Positions 26,745 through 38,476 of a stretch of 64,000 bases of DNA are shown here, in pieces. The position numbers and the translations under genes are program-made. The DNA comes from Octopus vulgaris (lineage: Eukaryota): assembly GCA_951406725.2 (NCBI GenBank), contig OX597827.1, forward strand, positions 23,994,001-24,058,000, read 5' to 3'. The stretch's first letter is position 1. Each line of letters starts with the position of its first letter. The notes under the pieces are model-generated. The model saw only the letters and a program-made list of their open reading frames with translations, did no database searches and was not told where the DNA came from.

Positions 26745-27018
26745 CTAGAGTTTAAAATAGAAACCGTAAACAGTTAGAGGTTATAAATCTGGAATTGACA
26801 AGTCAATGCACAAATACTTACATATATCGGCATTTTGGGGATGATTAATGTCCCTGTTAGTGTATATGTTTACATTTATGTGTGTTGACTACAGCATTGG
26901 AGTATTTTAGCTCTTATTTCTTGCAATGTAGGTGTTTCTAACACCCTAGTCACATTTAATGACAATAATGATTCTCCCTTTTTGGTGAAACATTGCAAAC
27001 TGCTGTTTATATTAATTT

Positions 27019-27050
<32 letters not shown>

Positions 27051-27600
27051 CATACTGAAAACTTACCAGAAACTGAAGCAGTCCCACCAATCTGGGAGGT
27101 AGCACAAAGGTTAGAGAGTGCCCTTGACAAAGTTATAGTATATTTTTAAATGATTTGTAACTTAGGCACAAGGCTTACACACTTCAATGCGTGAAGGACA
27201 TACTTGACTGGATCTTGTCCCAGCACTTGACTGTTACATTTAACAATCTAGGCAGAATGAGTGTTTAACTTGACATTAGCAGGATTACAAATACAAAACA
27301 GACCTTGCCAGTGCTGGTGTCAGGTAAAAAGCACCAAGTCCACTCTGTAAAGTGTTTGGCATTAGGAAGGGCATCCAGCCATAAAAAAAAAACCATGCCA
27401 AAACAGACAGTGGAGCTTGGTGTAGTCCTCTGGCTTGCCAGCTCCTGTGGAACAGTCCAACTATTGCCAGCATAGAATATGGATGATAATGATGAAGGAC
27501 ACAAAGATACATATAACTAAGTGGCGTGAGTCATTCTCTGTCTGATCCCCACCGAGTCAACCATAATGTTACATCTCTATTGGATCCTTCATCCATCATA

Positions 27601-27820
27601 TTAACCCTTTTGTTACTGTGTTTCTGTTGAGATGCTCTGTGATTTTTTCAATTGATTTTAAATATAACAAAGAATTTAGTAAAATAACTTAATTATCGTT
27701 AAGCTAGTGTTAGGAACATGAATTGTGACTAAGGTTTGGTGGAAGATTTTAATTCAAAACTTATGAAAACAAGACATTTGTACTACAGAGCCACTGCTGG
27801 GTTGGTAACGAAAGGGTTAA
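27601..27820. mobile_element. piggyBac-type MITE with TTAA TSDs; second copy 40568-40798
   Basis: ttaa-cccttttgttac ... gtaacgaaaggg-ttaa; interior nearly identical to 40568-40798. Confidence 0.8.
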
Positions 27821-28507
27821 ATAGACATGGAAATGTTGCATGGGTAAGTAAAGATTATGTCGCTTTTACAAAACAAAAAGTAACTACAGATTTTTTTTCC
27901 CTTTTAAATTGTTTTAATTTTTTTTTTTAACTATTAACCTTTTCTTTAAAAATGACTGATGAACAATATTGAACAACTAAGGTCAGTGTTTATTAAAAGA
28001 TAAAAACTGAATGAAGTGGGTACAGTAAGAGAAATTGGCCAGCCACAAAGGTTTCTATCATTGTATAGTAAACATAAGACAATTTAACCTGATTAAACAC
28101 ATTCTTCTGCAAAGTAGCTTCATCTACAATTCTGCTAATTAAGTGATCTGAATTATTTAAGTGTGATGGACAAACTCAATACAAAGAGGAGAGTATATAG
28201 GCTTGATTTTGAAGCTGAATCTCTACAAATTACAATAAATTTATGTTTCTGATTCTCAAATAAATTTGAGATTGAAATAGCATTGCCATTTTATAAACAA
28301 GACTGACTGAATCATAATAATTCAATCAGTCTGTTTTATAAAGTGCAGTACAAATCTCAGATTTATCTGGGAATTGGAAAACAGGAAAGTAGGAGAGGTA
28401 ATTTGTGGGGTTTCAGTTTATTTATTTATATATATATATATATAATGTCATCATCATTTATATTAGAAAGAGAGACAGAGAGAAGAGAAAGATGCGTTCA
28501 AACTCAC

Positions 28508-28601
28508 CATTCACATTTCTTGCCAACCACTCCTCGTGTGCCACAGTGACAGTTCCCTGACTGTTCATCACATAGTTTAGCTTGCTTGTTACAGTTACAG
28601 G
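28508..28601 (-). CDS. ATRN: Attractin exon (laminin EGF): PCNCNKQAKLCDEQSGNCHCGTRGVVGKKCE(W)
   Basis: tctacag acceptor, TG|gtgagt donor; 94 nt, phase 1->2. Confidence 0.95.
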
Positions 28602-28777
28602 CTGTAGAATCAGTTGGGATATAGAACAGATTATAGATGTAAATAAAAGATTGAAGTGGAACATCAAAAAAGTTAACAGAAAAATATAAAGAGTAAATAA
28701 ACACGGAAATCTTCTTCTCAGCCTGAGAAACCAGACTCAAGTATAGTCTCAGTACTTAACAGATATATACGTGTGTG

Positions 28778-28823
<46 letters not shown>

Positions 28824-29310
28824 AGTGTGTGTCTGTGTGTGCACATATATGCACACACACACCAAACACATACACACATAGGCATACAGAGGCTTTCATA
28901 ATACAAACACAAAATATATATACTTGTTTTCATATATACACACCATGTATTATTCTATTTCTACATACAACATAGGCTGTCTTTACTTAAGCCACTACAC
29001 ACTGGCCTTTATATACACTCAGCAATTTCTCACATTAATATATACCCCAGCATGTATTGGCTTCTGTATAATTTCACCATACACTGGCTCATGCATGCCT
29101 TTACTATACACTGACTGTTATAAATTCACATTCACACAGACACACACTGATCAATATATACATCAATCAAGCTGACCACCCAGCATATCAATCTCACTGT
29201 CCAGCTAAACATTACCTACATTATAACCCCATGTGGGAGGGGCTGTGCAGTTCACAGGCCCTGTGCATCCCTCCTACATCTCTCACCAATAAACAGAGGC
29301 TACGACTTAC

Positions 29311-29376
29311 GTTTACATAGGCCACCATTTTGAGGAGCTCCAAAAAATCCTTTCTGGCATCGATCACATGTCTCAC
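29311..29376 (-). CDS. ATRN: Attractin exon (laminin EGF): GETCDRCQKGFFGAPQNGGLCK
   Basis: Not in ORF track; ttcttcag acceptor, C|gtaagt donor; 66 nt, phase 1->1. Confidence 0.93.
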
Positions 29377-29471
29377 CTGAAGAAAACAGAGAGAGGTAAG
29401 GTGTGGGTAGGTAGGAGGAAACAGTCAACAGAGGTGTGTGATATTAGTTAGGGAGACATGTATAAGCAAGG

Positions 29472-29516
<45 letters not shown>

Positions 29517-29595
29517 TAAATAATTTTAACCTTTAGAGGTATTTTTTAATATGCTAGCCATTGATAAAATTTTTGGGAAAAATTTAATCCTATAT

Positions 29596-29667
<72 letters not shown>

Positions 29668-30289
29668 TGGTATTATTAAAATACCATCAGGAGTGGTAAG
29701 CGAATTATCAGCTGTACAGGCAAATTAATAAAATATATACATACAATATTAGATATGTACATATATACACACGGGTACTACATGAGTACCTATATCACTA
29801 AAGATGTCTGTAATGGATTTGTGACTATTCGGTGGTACAGAAGTATTTTTTTACTTCTATCTTTAGCGATATAGGTACTCATGTAGTACCCTTGTGTATA
29901 TATGTACATATCTAATATTGTGTATATATATAGCAAATACATAAATATGTATGTATGTAGATAGGGTCATAATCCAAGCTGTCCTTGGGAAGCACATCTG
30001 CATATTCCGGTACTCCAAAGTCGTATGTAGACGTTATAAGTGTGTGAGGCAGACATAAGAGTTGAAAAATAATGGTAAATAATATTTGTATTATTTGGTT
30101 CCTGTATGTAGAATTTCTTACATGTTTTTTCCATGTACCATTTTCTAAGTCTTGTTAGCAAATGAAACATGCAATGGTGAATAAATAATACCAAAAAATA
30201 TTTCCAATCTCCTGTTTTGATAAATATATACATATGTGTGTGTGTCTATGTAATTTTCCCTTTGCTTGTTTCAAGCCATGATTATACTT

Positions 30290-31065
30290 TTAGCAAACAT
30301 ATGCTTAGGTTTGAAAGAAATGAAGCCAGTATACTTCACTGGATGTGCAATGTCAGTGTGCATCTTGAGAGAAAAGTTAGGCATAAGCAGTATCAGATGT
30401 GGTGTGCAAGAGAGATGATTGTGCTGGTATGGTTATGTGATGTATGTAGACGAGGACAGATGTGCAAAGAAGTACCGATCTCTAACTGTGGAAGGAACCT
30501 GTGGTAGAGATAGACCCAAGAAGGCATGGGACAAAGTGGTGATGCATGATCTTCGAACTTTGAGCCTCACAGAGACAATGACTAGTGACTGAGACCTTTG
30601 GCGATATGCTGTGCATGGGAAGACCTGTCAAGCCAAGTGATATCATAATTCGAGTGTTGGGCTTCATGGAGTCAAAGTATCTGAGTTCCTTTCAAGCACT
30701 GGGCCGCATGGAGGTAAAGTGGTTGAACACCTTTCGAGTGTTGGACCTCATGAAGGCAAAGTGGCTGAGTTCCTTTCAAGCATTGGGTCTCATGGAGGCA
30801 ATGACCAAGACCTTTGACATTATGTCGTGCTTCAGCAGAAGACCCATCAAACCAAGAAAAATTGCAGTTGTGGCAGATACCGGTGTCATGCAAATGGCAC
30901 CCACGCCAGTGGCATGTAAAAGCACCCATTACACTCTTGGAGTGGTTGACATTAGGAAGGGCATCCAGCTGATAGAAAACCATACCAAATCAGACTGGAA
31001 TCTGGTGCAGCCTTCCAGATTGCCAGCATGGACAATGGACGTTAAATGATGATGATGATGATGAT
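30290..31065 (+). mobile_element. RTE-clade LINE 3' end continuing into its 3' UTR with (GAT)n tail; many tail-only copies of this UTR in both orientations across the window
   Basis: Degenerate RFERNEASILHWMCNVS...REKLGISSIRCGVQER*LCWYGYV...VEGTCGRDRPKKAWDKVV..DL, then ggcattaggaagggcatccagc...ggacgttaaatgatgatgat. Confidence 0.8.
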
Positions 31066-32151
31066 ATGAAAAATATAATTATTTCCCATAAAAATTATGG
31101 AAATGTGCAGACGACATGAAATGTGTAAATGGACAGTAACAAACCATTTGTACAAGCTTTCTCAGCTACTTATATGCAACCAAAGTATTTTTGTGGTTTG
31201 TTGTTCAAACTTCAGTTCATTGATTGAATTTAATTCAGAAGATCTGTTTGCCATAGAATTTCTTCATTGAGCTTACTGTTTGTATAAGCTCTTCCAGCAC
31301 TCATACATGTGTGTACTCAACTTGTGGTCTGTTGTTCATATTTCAGCTTGCTAAGCAAATGGGCTCCCAGTCACTTCTAGCGCAAGAACCGGCAGCTCAG
31401 GTTTCACAGATTAACTCTCTCATACCTAGGCCCTGGTATCTAACTTTACCCTCTTACTGAACACCCGAACAAAAAAAATAAATAGTTACATACACAGTTC
31501 AAGAGTAACAAATGCAAGTAAACTGATGGACAGAATCACAAAAAAATTCAGGAGAAACAGGAGTTTCAACACTTGAATCACGACTTTCCTCACCATTTGC
31601 AACAGGTTGATTGTCTAAATCACTCTCATCATGTGCATAAGGTTAAACACTTCATCCAAAGAATAAATATCATCATTAATTTCTTCTACTGCAAAGAACA
31701 TAGACCCTCCCTGCTCATTTACCAGACAAATTGCAGGAATAATCACATGCCTGTTTCATTGCAAAAATTCGTTTTTTTTCCAATTTTAAAACAAAAATAA
31801 ACAAAAGCTATGGGGGACATCATTAATAGTGAGTTATAAACACACCTGACTACAAAGCTGCAACGTGGATCAGTTGTCTTTTTTTTGGGGGGGGTATTTT
31901 ACCTTCTTTTGATGTATGTGCTGTTCATTACTGCTTTAATGGGAATCTGGTAGGGATGACATTTCGGCTATTCCTGCTATACCAGGAACACGGCATGAAA
32001 AAGTTAAATTTCAGCTCATTGTGCAACTTTTTTTGCTTTTCTTTTCTAGAGAAACCATTAGTTATTCAATTTGTTCATTCAGAGAACAATTCATAAATGG
32101 GGACCCCACAGCATGTATGTTTATTAGTATGGAGTATATATATATATATAT

Positions 32152-32545
<394 letters not shown>

Positions 32546-32731
32546 TTTATTTTAAGCAGCAGAAAATTCAACAAAATCTGTTACTCTGAGTTTCTCGTTG
32601 CCGTTCATCAGACAGTTTTGCTAGCAAAAACTGTTGAATTTTATGCTGCTTAAAATAAAGCATATTACTCTACCACTGGTATTTGAGTACTCTTTTTTTC
32701 CACCTTGTTTCACATTTATGTGTTTACTCCG

Positions 32732-32773
<42 letters not shown>

Positions 32774-32929
32774 TCAACTGTTATGAGAGTAAAGGGGATG
32801 CTTAAAACAGAAATAATTACAGAGATACCAAACTGTGTATGAGTGAATGAACAAGCATATGCATAAGTGATAACAGGTGCGAATGGGTGGCCATATATGA
32901 GAGCGAGAGAGAGAGATGTGTATATTTAC

Positions 32930-33004
32930 CTGTGGTATTATTTTGACATTCTATACAAATGTTTGTACTCTCATTACAGATGCTATGGCCATTGCACTGG
33001 CATA
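32930..33004 (-). CDS. ATRN: Attractin exon (laminin EGF): LCQCNGHSICNESTNICIECQNNTT
   Basis: ctctag acceptor, AG|gtaaat donor; 75 nt, phase 1->1. Confidence 0.95.
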
Positions 33005-33692
33005 CTAGAGTGGAAGAAAGAGAAAAAAGAGAATTAAAATATGCAAACAACAACAACATACTTGTGTTTCTTGTACCGAAAGCCATGTGTTGACCCCCAA
33101 AAAATTAAAAACCATTTATGAATAGAAATATAGGCAAGACGATCCATAGGGCAAGTTCTAAGTAATAGTTAATTTATACTTTACTAATGAGGTTTGATAA
33201 GCCTGAAACACATCACTATACTACCAATGTCACACTAACACTTCACTCTACATTGCTCACATTTTCATTTTAAATCGCAGGATTGTCTCCCCTGCAGTTT
33301 TTGACCAGAATTAGTCATTAATATAATACTTATTCATTATTAAAGATGCAACTTTAATTATTTACAACTCTCAGTTCATTATTGTAAATACGTTAGCAAT
33401 ATTTGTATTGGTCAAAGGTAGTTTCACCTACAAGACCAACTGAATTCAAGACAACCAACATTGAATTGTGGTACCCACTTGCAAGAAGAGAAAGAAGGAA
33501 CAAGGTGAGAAAGGAAAAAGTGACCTTAACTGAATGGAAGGGTAAACCGATGCATATACGAAACATACGTATATACACCTTCCAGATGACCCCACAAACA
33601 ACACACAAAGACATACTCAAAAACAACAACAAAAATATAACAAAGCAACACAAAAGAAATGTATATGGGAAAAGAAATAAGCAGCTTCTTAC

Positions 33693-33887
33693 GTGGACAC
33701 TGTACAAAATACCACCTGGAAAGTGGACAGGTGGACAATGTATGAGAATTCCAGGGAAGTTTAGCCGGACCAGACATACCACCTTCCATACAATGGCCAA
33801 GGCCTGTGTTGCTCACATCATGGCACCAACCACAAATTGGATTCATCTGACATTCCTTGCAAGTTCTGATGTCTGAACAACGGTTTT
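33693..33887 (-). CDS. ATRN: Attractin exon (PSI): KNRCSDIRTCKECQMNPICGWCHDVSNTGLGHCMEGGMSGP...WYFVQCP
   Basis: ttccag acceptor, C|gtaaga donor; 195 nt, phase 1->1. Confidence 0.95.
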
Positions 33888-34873
33888 CTGGAATAGGATC
33901 AAAAGACATGCGTCAAAGGAGGAACATACAACATCAGTAGCATCGTCATCATCGTTTAATGTACGCTTTCTATGCTAGCATGGGTTGGACAAATGACTGA
34001 GGGCTGGCAAGCCAGATGGCTGCACCAGGCTCCAATCTTGATCTGGCAGAGTTTCTAAAGCTGGATGCCCTTCCTAACGCATGGCAGGTGAAAACATATT
34101 TGCACACGTGTGTGTGTGTGTGTGTCAGTATGTGAGTGACAATGTGTGTACTTGTATCAGTGTGCATATGATAAAGAAAAGTCAAATATCAACAAGTGAG
34201 GTTATTAAATATAAAAAGAAATATTTAGGTGGTGGTGGTATATGGTCAGTTAATCGTGGCCGTTGTGTCGCATTTAGAAATTTGGTCATTATTTATGTTA
34301 TAAGAGTTACAACTGGAATTCTCTCCAATTTATCAAAGAGACACAAGCACTTTCACACACACACACCACTGGACTTTCGCTGACCAAATTCACTGACAAA
34401 ACTTATAGCAATAGACACTTGCTCAGACCAGATCAAGGGTGGCCTAACTTCCTGCAGTTCTATTCACTATGGTCCCTTATTACTATAACAGGATACATTC
34501 AACATCGTCAACATATTTGGTTACATTTGCTCCTGTGTCTCAATAAAGGAGCACCATCTGCTAAAAAGAGCAGTGAAATCTCCCTCGAAACACACCCTGC
34601 TATCTTAACTAAAGAAATGACACATTAGAATGAAGTTTTAGATGTCTCCCTAAAATACGGGATGGTCATAACTGGAACACCTTTAATCAAAAGTCTCTTT
34701 GATCAAAGCTAACCGAAGGCAAAACAACTACTTTTACCATTCCATGTTCCACAACCTTCACACACATCTATCGTACAACTTCCAGCCCAAGCTAAAGAGA
34801 GAGAGCCTCTACGATGCAACTTGACTTGCTAGAAAAGTAGACACATATCCCTCAAATTACAGCTTACTATTCT

Positions 34874-35528
34874 AACCCTTTAGCATTTAAATCGACCACA
34901 TCAGGCTCAAATATCCTCCCTGATTTGTGTTCAAATTGTCAAGATCTGGCCTTTTACACCTACCCTACAATGTCACTCTAAAAATTAGCAATCACATCAT
35001 CAAAACCTCAAAGCTATGAAATTAGTGTGTAGAGACGCCATCTTGGAAATCTCCAGCACACATGCGCAGAGTTGGATTCTTCCGGGAGGCCTGCTGGAAG
35101 TTCCTTCATGCACATGCGCAGAAAACTGGCAGCAGCGGAATTCCCTCATATTGTTCTCTCGAACGCCAGCAGCTGAACAGGACAGTCGTGTTTTATTAGC
35201 TCTCTCAAGCTGCTACCTCATGGCGTATCTCCGCTATGCTTGAATGGACAGGATTTGGCTCACTCCACTTGACTACAGCGATAGGCTCCTAGGCTGCCAA
35301 TTCGCTTAGAAAGAAGAATGTATATATTGCAAATCAAGAAATACATATTTATACTGTTGAAGTTAATCGGAAGTCTTGACTCTTTCCTTCGATTAATATT
35401 TAATGTAAAGGATGCGAGCTGCACCCATCCAGTGTGGGGACCTCTCATCCTGTTACAATTGCATGATTAATTCCAAACAATGTAAATAAACATTTCACTT
35501 GACAAAGCAATCTGAATGCTAAAAGGTT
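34874..35528. mobile_element. Second piggyBac-like MITE (TIR aaccctttagcatt...aatgctaaaaggtt) interrupted by a solo LTR; uninterrupted copy about 9365-9590
   Basis: Left and right parts align consecutively to 9365-9590. Confidence 0.7.
35028..35457. mobile_element. Probable solo LTR (430 bp)
   Basis: TGTA...TACA termini, imperfect 4-bp TSD agtg/attg, GC- and CpG-richer than flanks, absent from the uninterrupted MITE copy. Confidence 0.7.
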
Positions 35529-36319
35529 GAGTGAGAGACACGATGGATGATTTGTCTTACATCTGTGACAAGAATGCATTCCCCCACTTCCAAATATCCA
35601 CCTGACAGATTGACATGGAGTCCCCTACATGCATTACACTGTCATCCCCTGACCCACAAGCTTGCTGTCTCCTCACTCGGCCTTTCCTACTACAATGGTC
35701 TGTGTCCCTAACTGATTGTGTACTGTCTCCACCTGAATCCATCCAATACATCTCTTCTCTTCCTCCTCCCTTCATCACCCATATATACTGTTTACCTTCA
35801 TGACCCACTGCTAACAACTTGGATGCAGGTACAGCTGTGCAGTAGGTTTGCTTCCCAACCGCGTGGTTCCGGGTTCAGGCCCATTGAGCAGAACCTTGGG
35901 CAACTGTCTTCTATTATAGCCCCAGGCTGAACAAAACCCAGTGAGTGGATTTGGAATGTGGAAACTGAAAGAAGCTTGTCAAATGTATATGTCTATATAT
36001 ATCTATGTGTGTCTATTTGTGTCTGTGTTTGCCCTCATCACCACCTGGCAAGAGGTGTTGGTGTGTTTACATTCCTGTAACTTAACAGTTCAGCAATAGA
36101 GACCGAGAGAATAAGTACCAGGTTTACAAAAAAAACAATCCTGGGGTTGATCCACGTGACTAAAAATTGTTCAAAGCAGTGCCCCAGCATGGCCACAGTC
36201 TAATGACCGAAACAAGTAAAGGATAAAACATGTCCGAACTCCTGAAGGTTTCAAAGAGGCTACAGACCCTAGCACTCCCAAGGAATATATGGAAAAGGGA
36301 AAGCAAAGAGTCGACTTAC

Positions 36320-36505
36320 TTGTACAGAGGTTTTTGTCTGTATTCCATTTGGTACACTGACCGTAGAGGAAAGACACTACATAAGAGTTCATATCAACGC
36401 AACGCTGTGCACTGCTGCACCACATGCATTCGTCTTTTGTGCAGTTTTCACAAGTTGTATGAGATGGACAGGGGACTTTGCATTTCTGAGTAACTGCCTT
36501 TGCAT
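36320..36505 (-). CDS. ATRN: Attractin exon (PSI): NAKAVTQKCKVPCPSHTTCENCTKDECMWCSSAQRCVDMNSYVVSFLYGQCTKW...LCT
   Basis: ttcctag acceptor, A|gtaagt donor; 186 nt, phase 1->1. Confidence 0.95.
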
Positions 36506-36634
36506 CTAGGAAAAGGTAAAAAAAAGAAAGAAAATATTTACACAGGTAAAAATTTTAAAAATTAAAAATTAAGAGATTAAGGGAGATTATAACAGTTGAA
36601 AAACAGATTGGCTGAACCAGATGAAAATACTCAC

Positions 36635-36764
36635 TATTTTTCTCTTTATATACACAAGATTTGTTATTCTCAATCCAAAAACAATTTGGTTCAAGCTGAC
36701 AAAGGGCACAACTGTGGAGGAAAGAACATTCTACATCCACAGGGCAATCTTTGATGTCCTTTGT
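36635..36764 (-). CDS. ATRN: Attractin exon (PSI): TKDIKDCPVDVECSFLHSCALCQLEPNCFWIENNKSCVYKEKN
   Basis: tttcag acceptor, A|gtgagt donor; 130 nt, phase 0->1. Confidence 0.9.
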
Positions 36765-37058
36765 CTGAAATAATTAAAAGAATTCTCATTAGAAACCGTT
36801 TTCTCTCTTTGTTGTTGTAGTGCACCTGAGCACTATACACAACAATCTCATTATTATTATATTTAAATTAGATGCTTTACAATGTCTAACATTATTTTTC
36901 ACTAAAAATTTTATTTCATTTATAAAAATGATTTTAGAATTACTATAAAAGTTGTGAAAAATGATGAGTGCGTGTGTGTGTGTGGGGGGGGGGATATTGT
37001 TGATATAGCATTCAATCAAGTTATGGTATGCAGGAAGACCAATTTTTTTATCTAATAA

Positions 37059-37694
37059 CTAGCAGTATCGCCCGGCGTTGCTCGGGTTTGTAAGGGAAAT
37101 AACTATATAAGCATTTTTAGAGAGTTATAGCCAAAAAATAGCAAAAAATGCATTAAAAATGGAAAAAATATGATGGTAAATTTTTTTTAAAATCGTTGAC
37201 TCATCGTAGACATTTTTAGAGAGTTACTTCCCTTATATAATAGCGAAAAATGCATTAAAATGGAAAAAAAACGATGGTAAATTTTTTTTTAAATCGTAGA
37301 CTCATGTAGACGCTTTCTTAGCCATTTCTGTTTTGGTGTCTTCAAGCCATAAAGTCGTTGTTCTAAAAGAACACTGGTCTCCTTGACAACGCATTACGAC
37401 GTTGATTTCCTTACACTCCCTTCCCCACAGGTGCAGGTGTGAGCGTGGACGCCAACTCCGCCGCCATCGACACACGAAAAATTATGCATTAAAATGGAAT
37501 AAAAAATGATGTTAAATTATTTTTAAAATCGTAGACTCATCGTAGACGCGCGCTAATATTCAGACAGGCTCGATATGAATCACGACTATAAGCTACCCGA
37601 ATTTGGTTAAACTGTACCGCAAAATGTGGGAGTAGTTAGGAATCTAAATCGAAGGGGACAGACACTCACACAACTACAGTTTTATATATATAGA
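37059..37694 (-). mobile_element. Non-autonomous Helitron-type element, copy 2 (internal duplications)
   Basis: Same TC...CTAG termini, with hairpin cccg-N8-cggg; internal repeated unit 'gcattaaaaatggaaaaaa...aatcgtagactcatcgtagac'. Confidence 0.8.
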
Positions 37695-37714
37695 TATACA
37701 TAGCGCAGTAGTGG

Positions 37715-38065
37715 TGAGATATGACAGCAAAGAAAAGCATACATTCAGTCTCTGCATGCAATTAGACTCGGAAAGTTCGTGAGGAACCCATTGACCCAAT
37801 TTGCTGACTTTTCCGATAGCACACAGGTGTCAATGAATGGTTGAATGACCAAATCCAAGCTTCTCTGCTAGTTCCTCAACAGTTACGATGATATTTTGTT
37901 CCACCAGGGTTTTCAGGATGTCCTTGTCGAGTTCTACAGATCTTTCAGGATGAGGCTCGTCTTCTAGGCTGTAGTTTATGGCTCGGGATTTCTGGAACCA
38001 CCATTGACACTGCCTTACGCTTATTGTCCAATCCCCATATACTGCATTAATATTTCTTGTACTTT
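37715..38065 (-). mobile_element. Mariner transposase 5' remnant
   Basis: TRNINAVYGD...QWWFQKSR..NYSLEDEPH...TVEELAEKLGFGHSTIH*HLCAIGKVSKLGQWVPHELSE (WVPHEL motif). Confidence 0.88.
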
Positions 38066-38129
38066 GCACACATTTATATTCTGTTATTCTTTTATATGTT
38101 TCAGCCTTGAGGTTGTGGCCATGCTGGAT

Positions 38130-38160
<31 letters not shown>

Positions 38161-38265
38161 CTATCTGTCTGTCTGTCTGTATGTATATATGTATATGTAT
38201 GTGTGTGAACAATAATATTTTCAACAGATGTGTTGCAAATGTATCTGATTGTTCTCAAGCTTCAA

Positions 38266-38398
38266 TACTGTGTGTGTGTATGTGTGTGTGTGTATGTATG
38301 TATGTATATGTATGTATGTATGTATGTATATGTATGTATGTATGTATGTGTGTATGTATGTATGTGTGTATGTATGTGTGTGTGTATGTGTGTGTGTG

Positions 38399-38430
<32 letters not shown>

Positions 38431-38476
38431 TGTATGTATGTATGTATGTATGTATGTATGTATGTATGTATGTATG
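38266..38476. repeat. (TG)n/(TATG)n microsatellite
   Basis: Direct reading. Confidence 0.95.

Noticed and set aside
33403-33876. 157-aa plus-strand ORF
   Set aside because: Antisense shadow of attractin exon 33693-33887 plus low-complexity intron; no recognisable domain.
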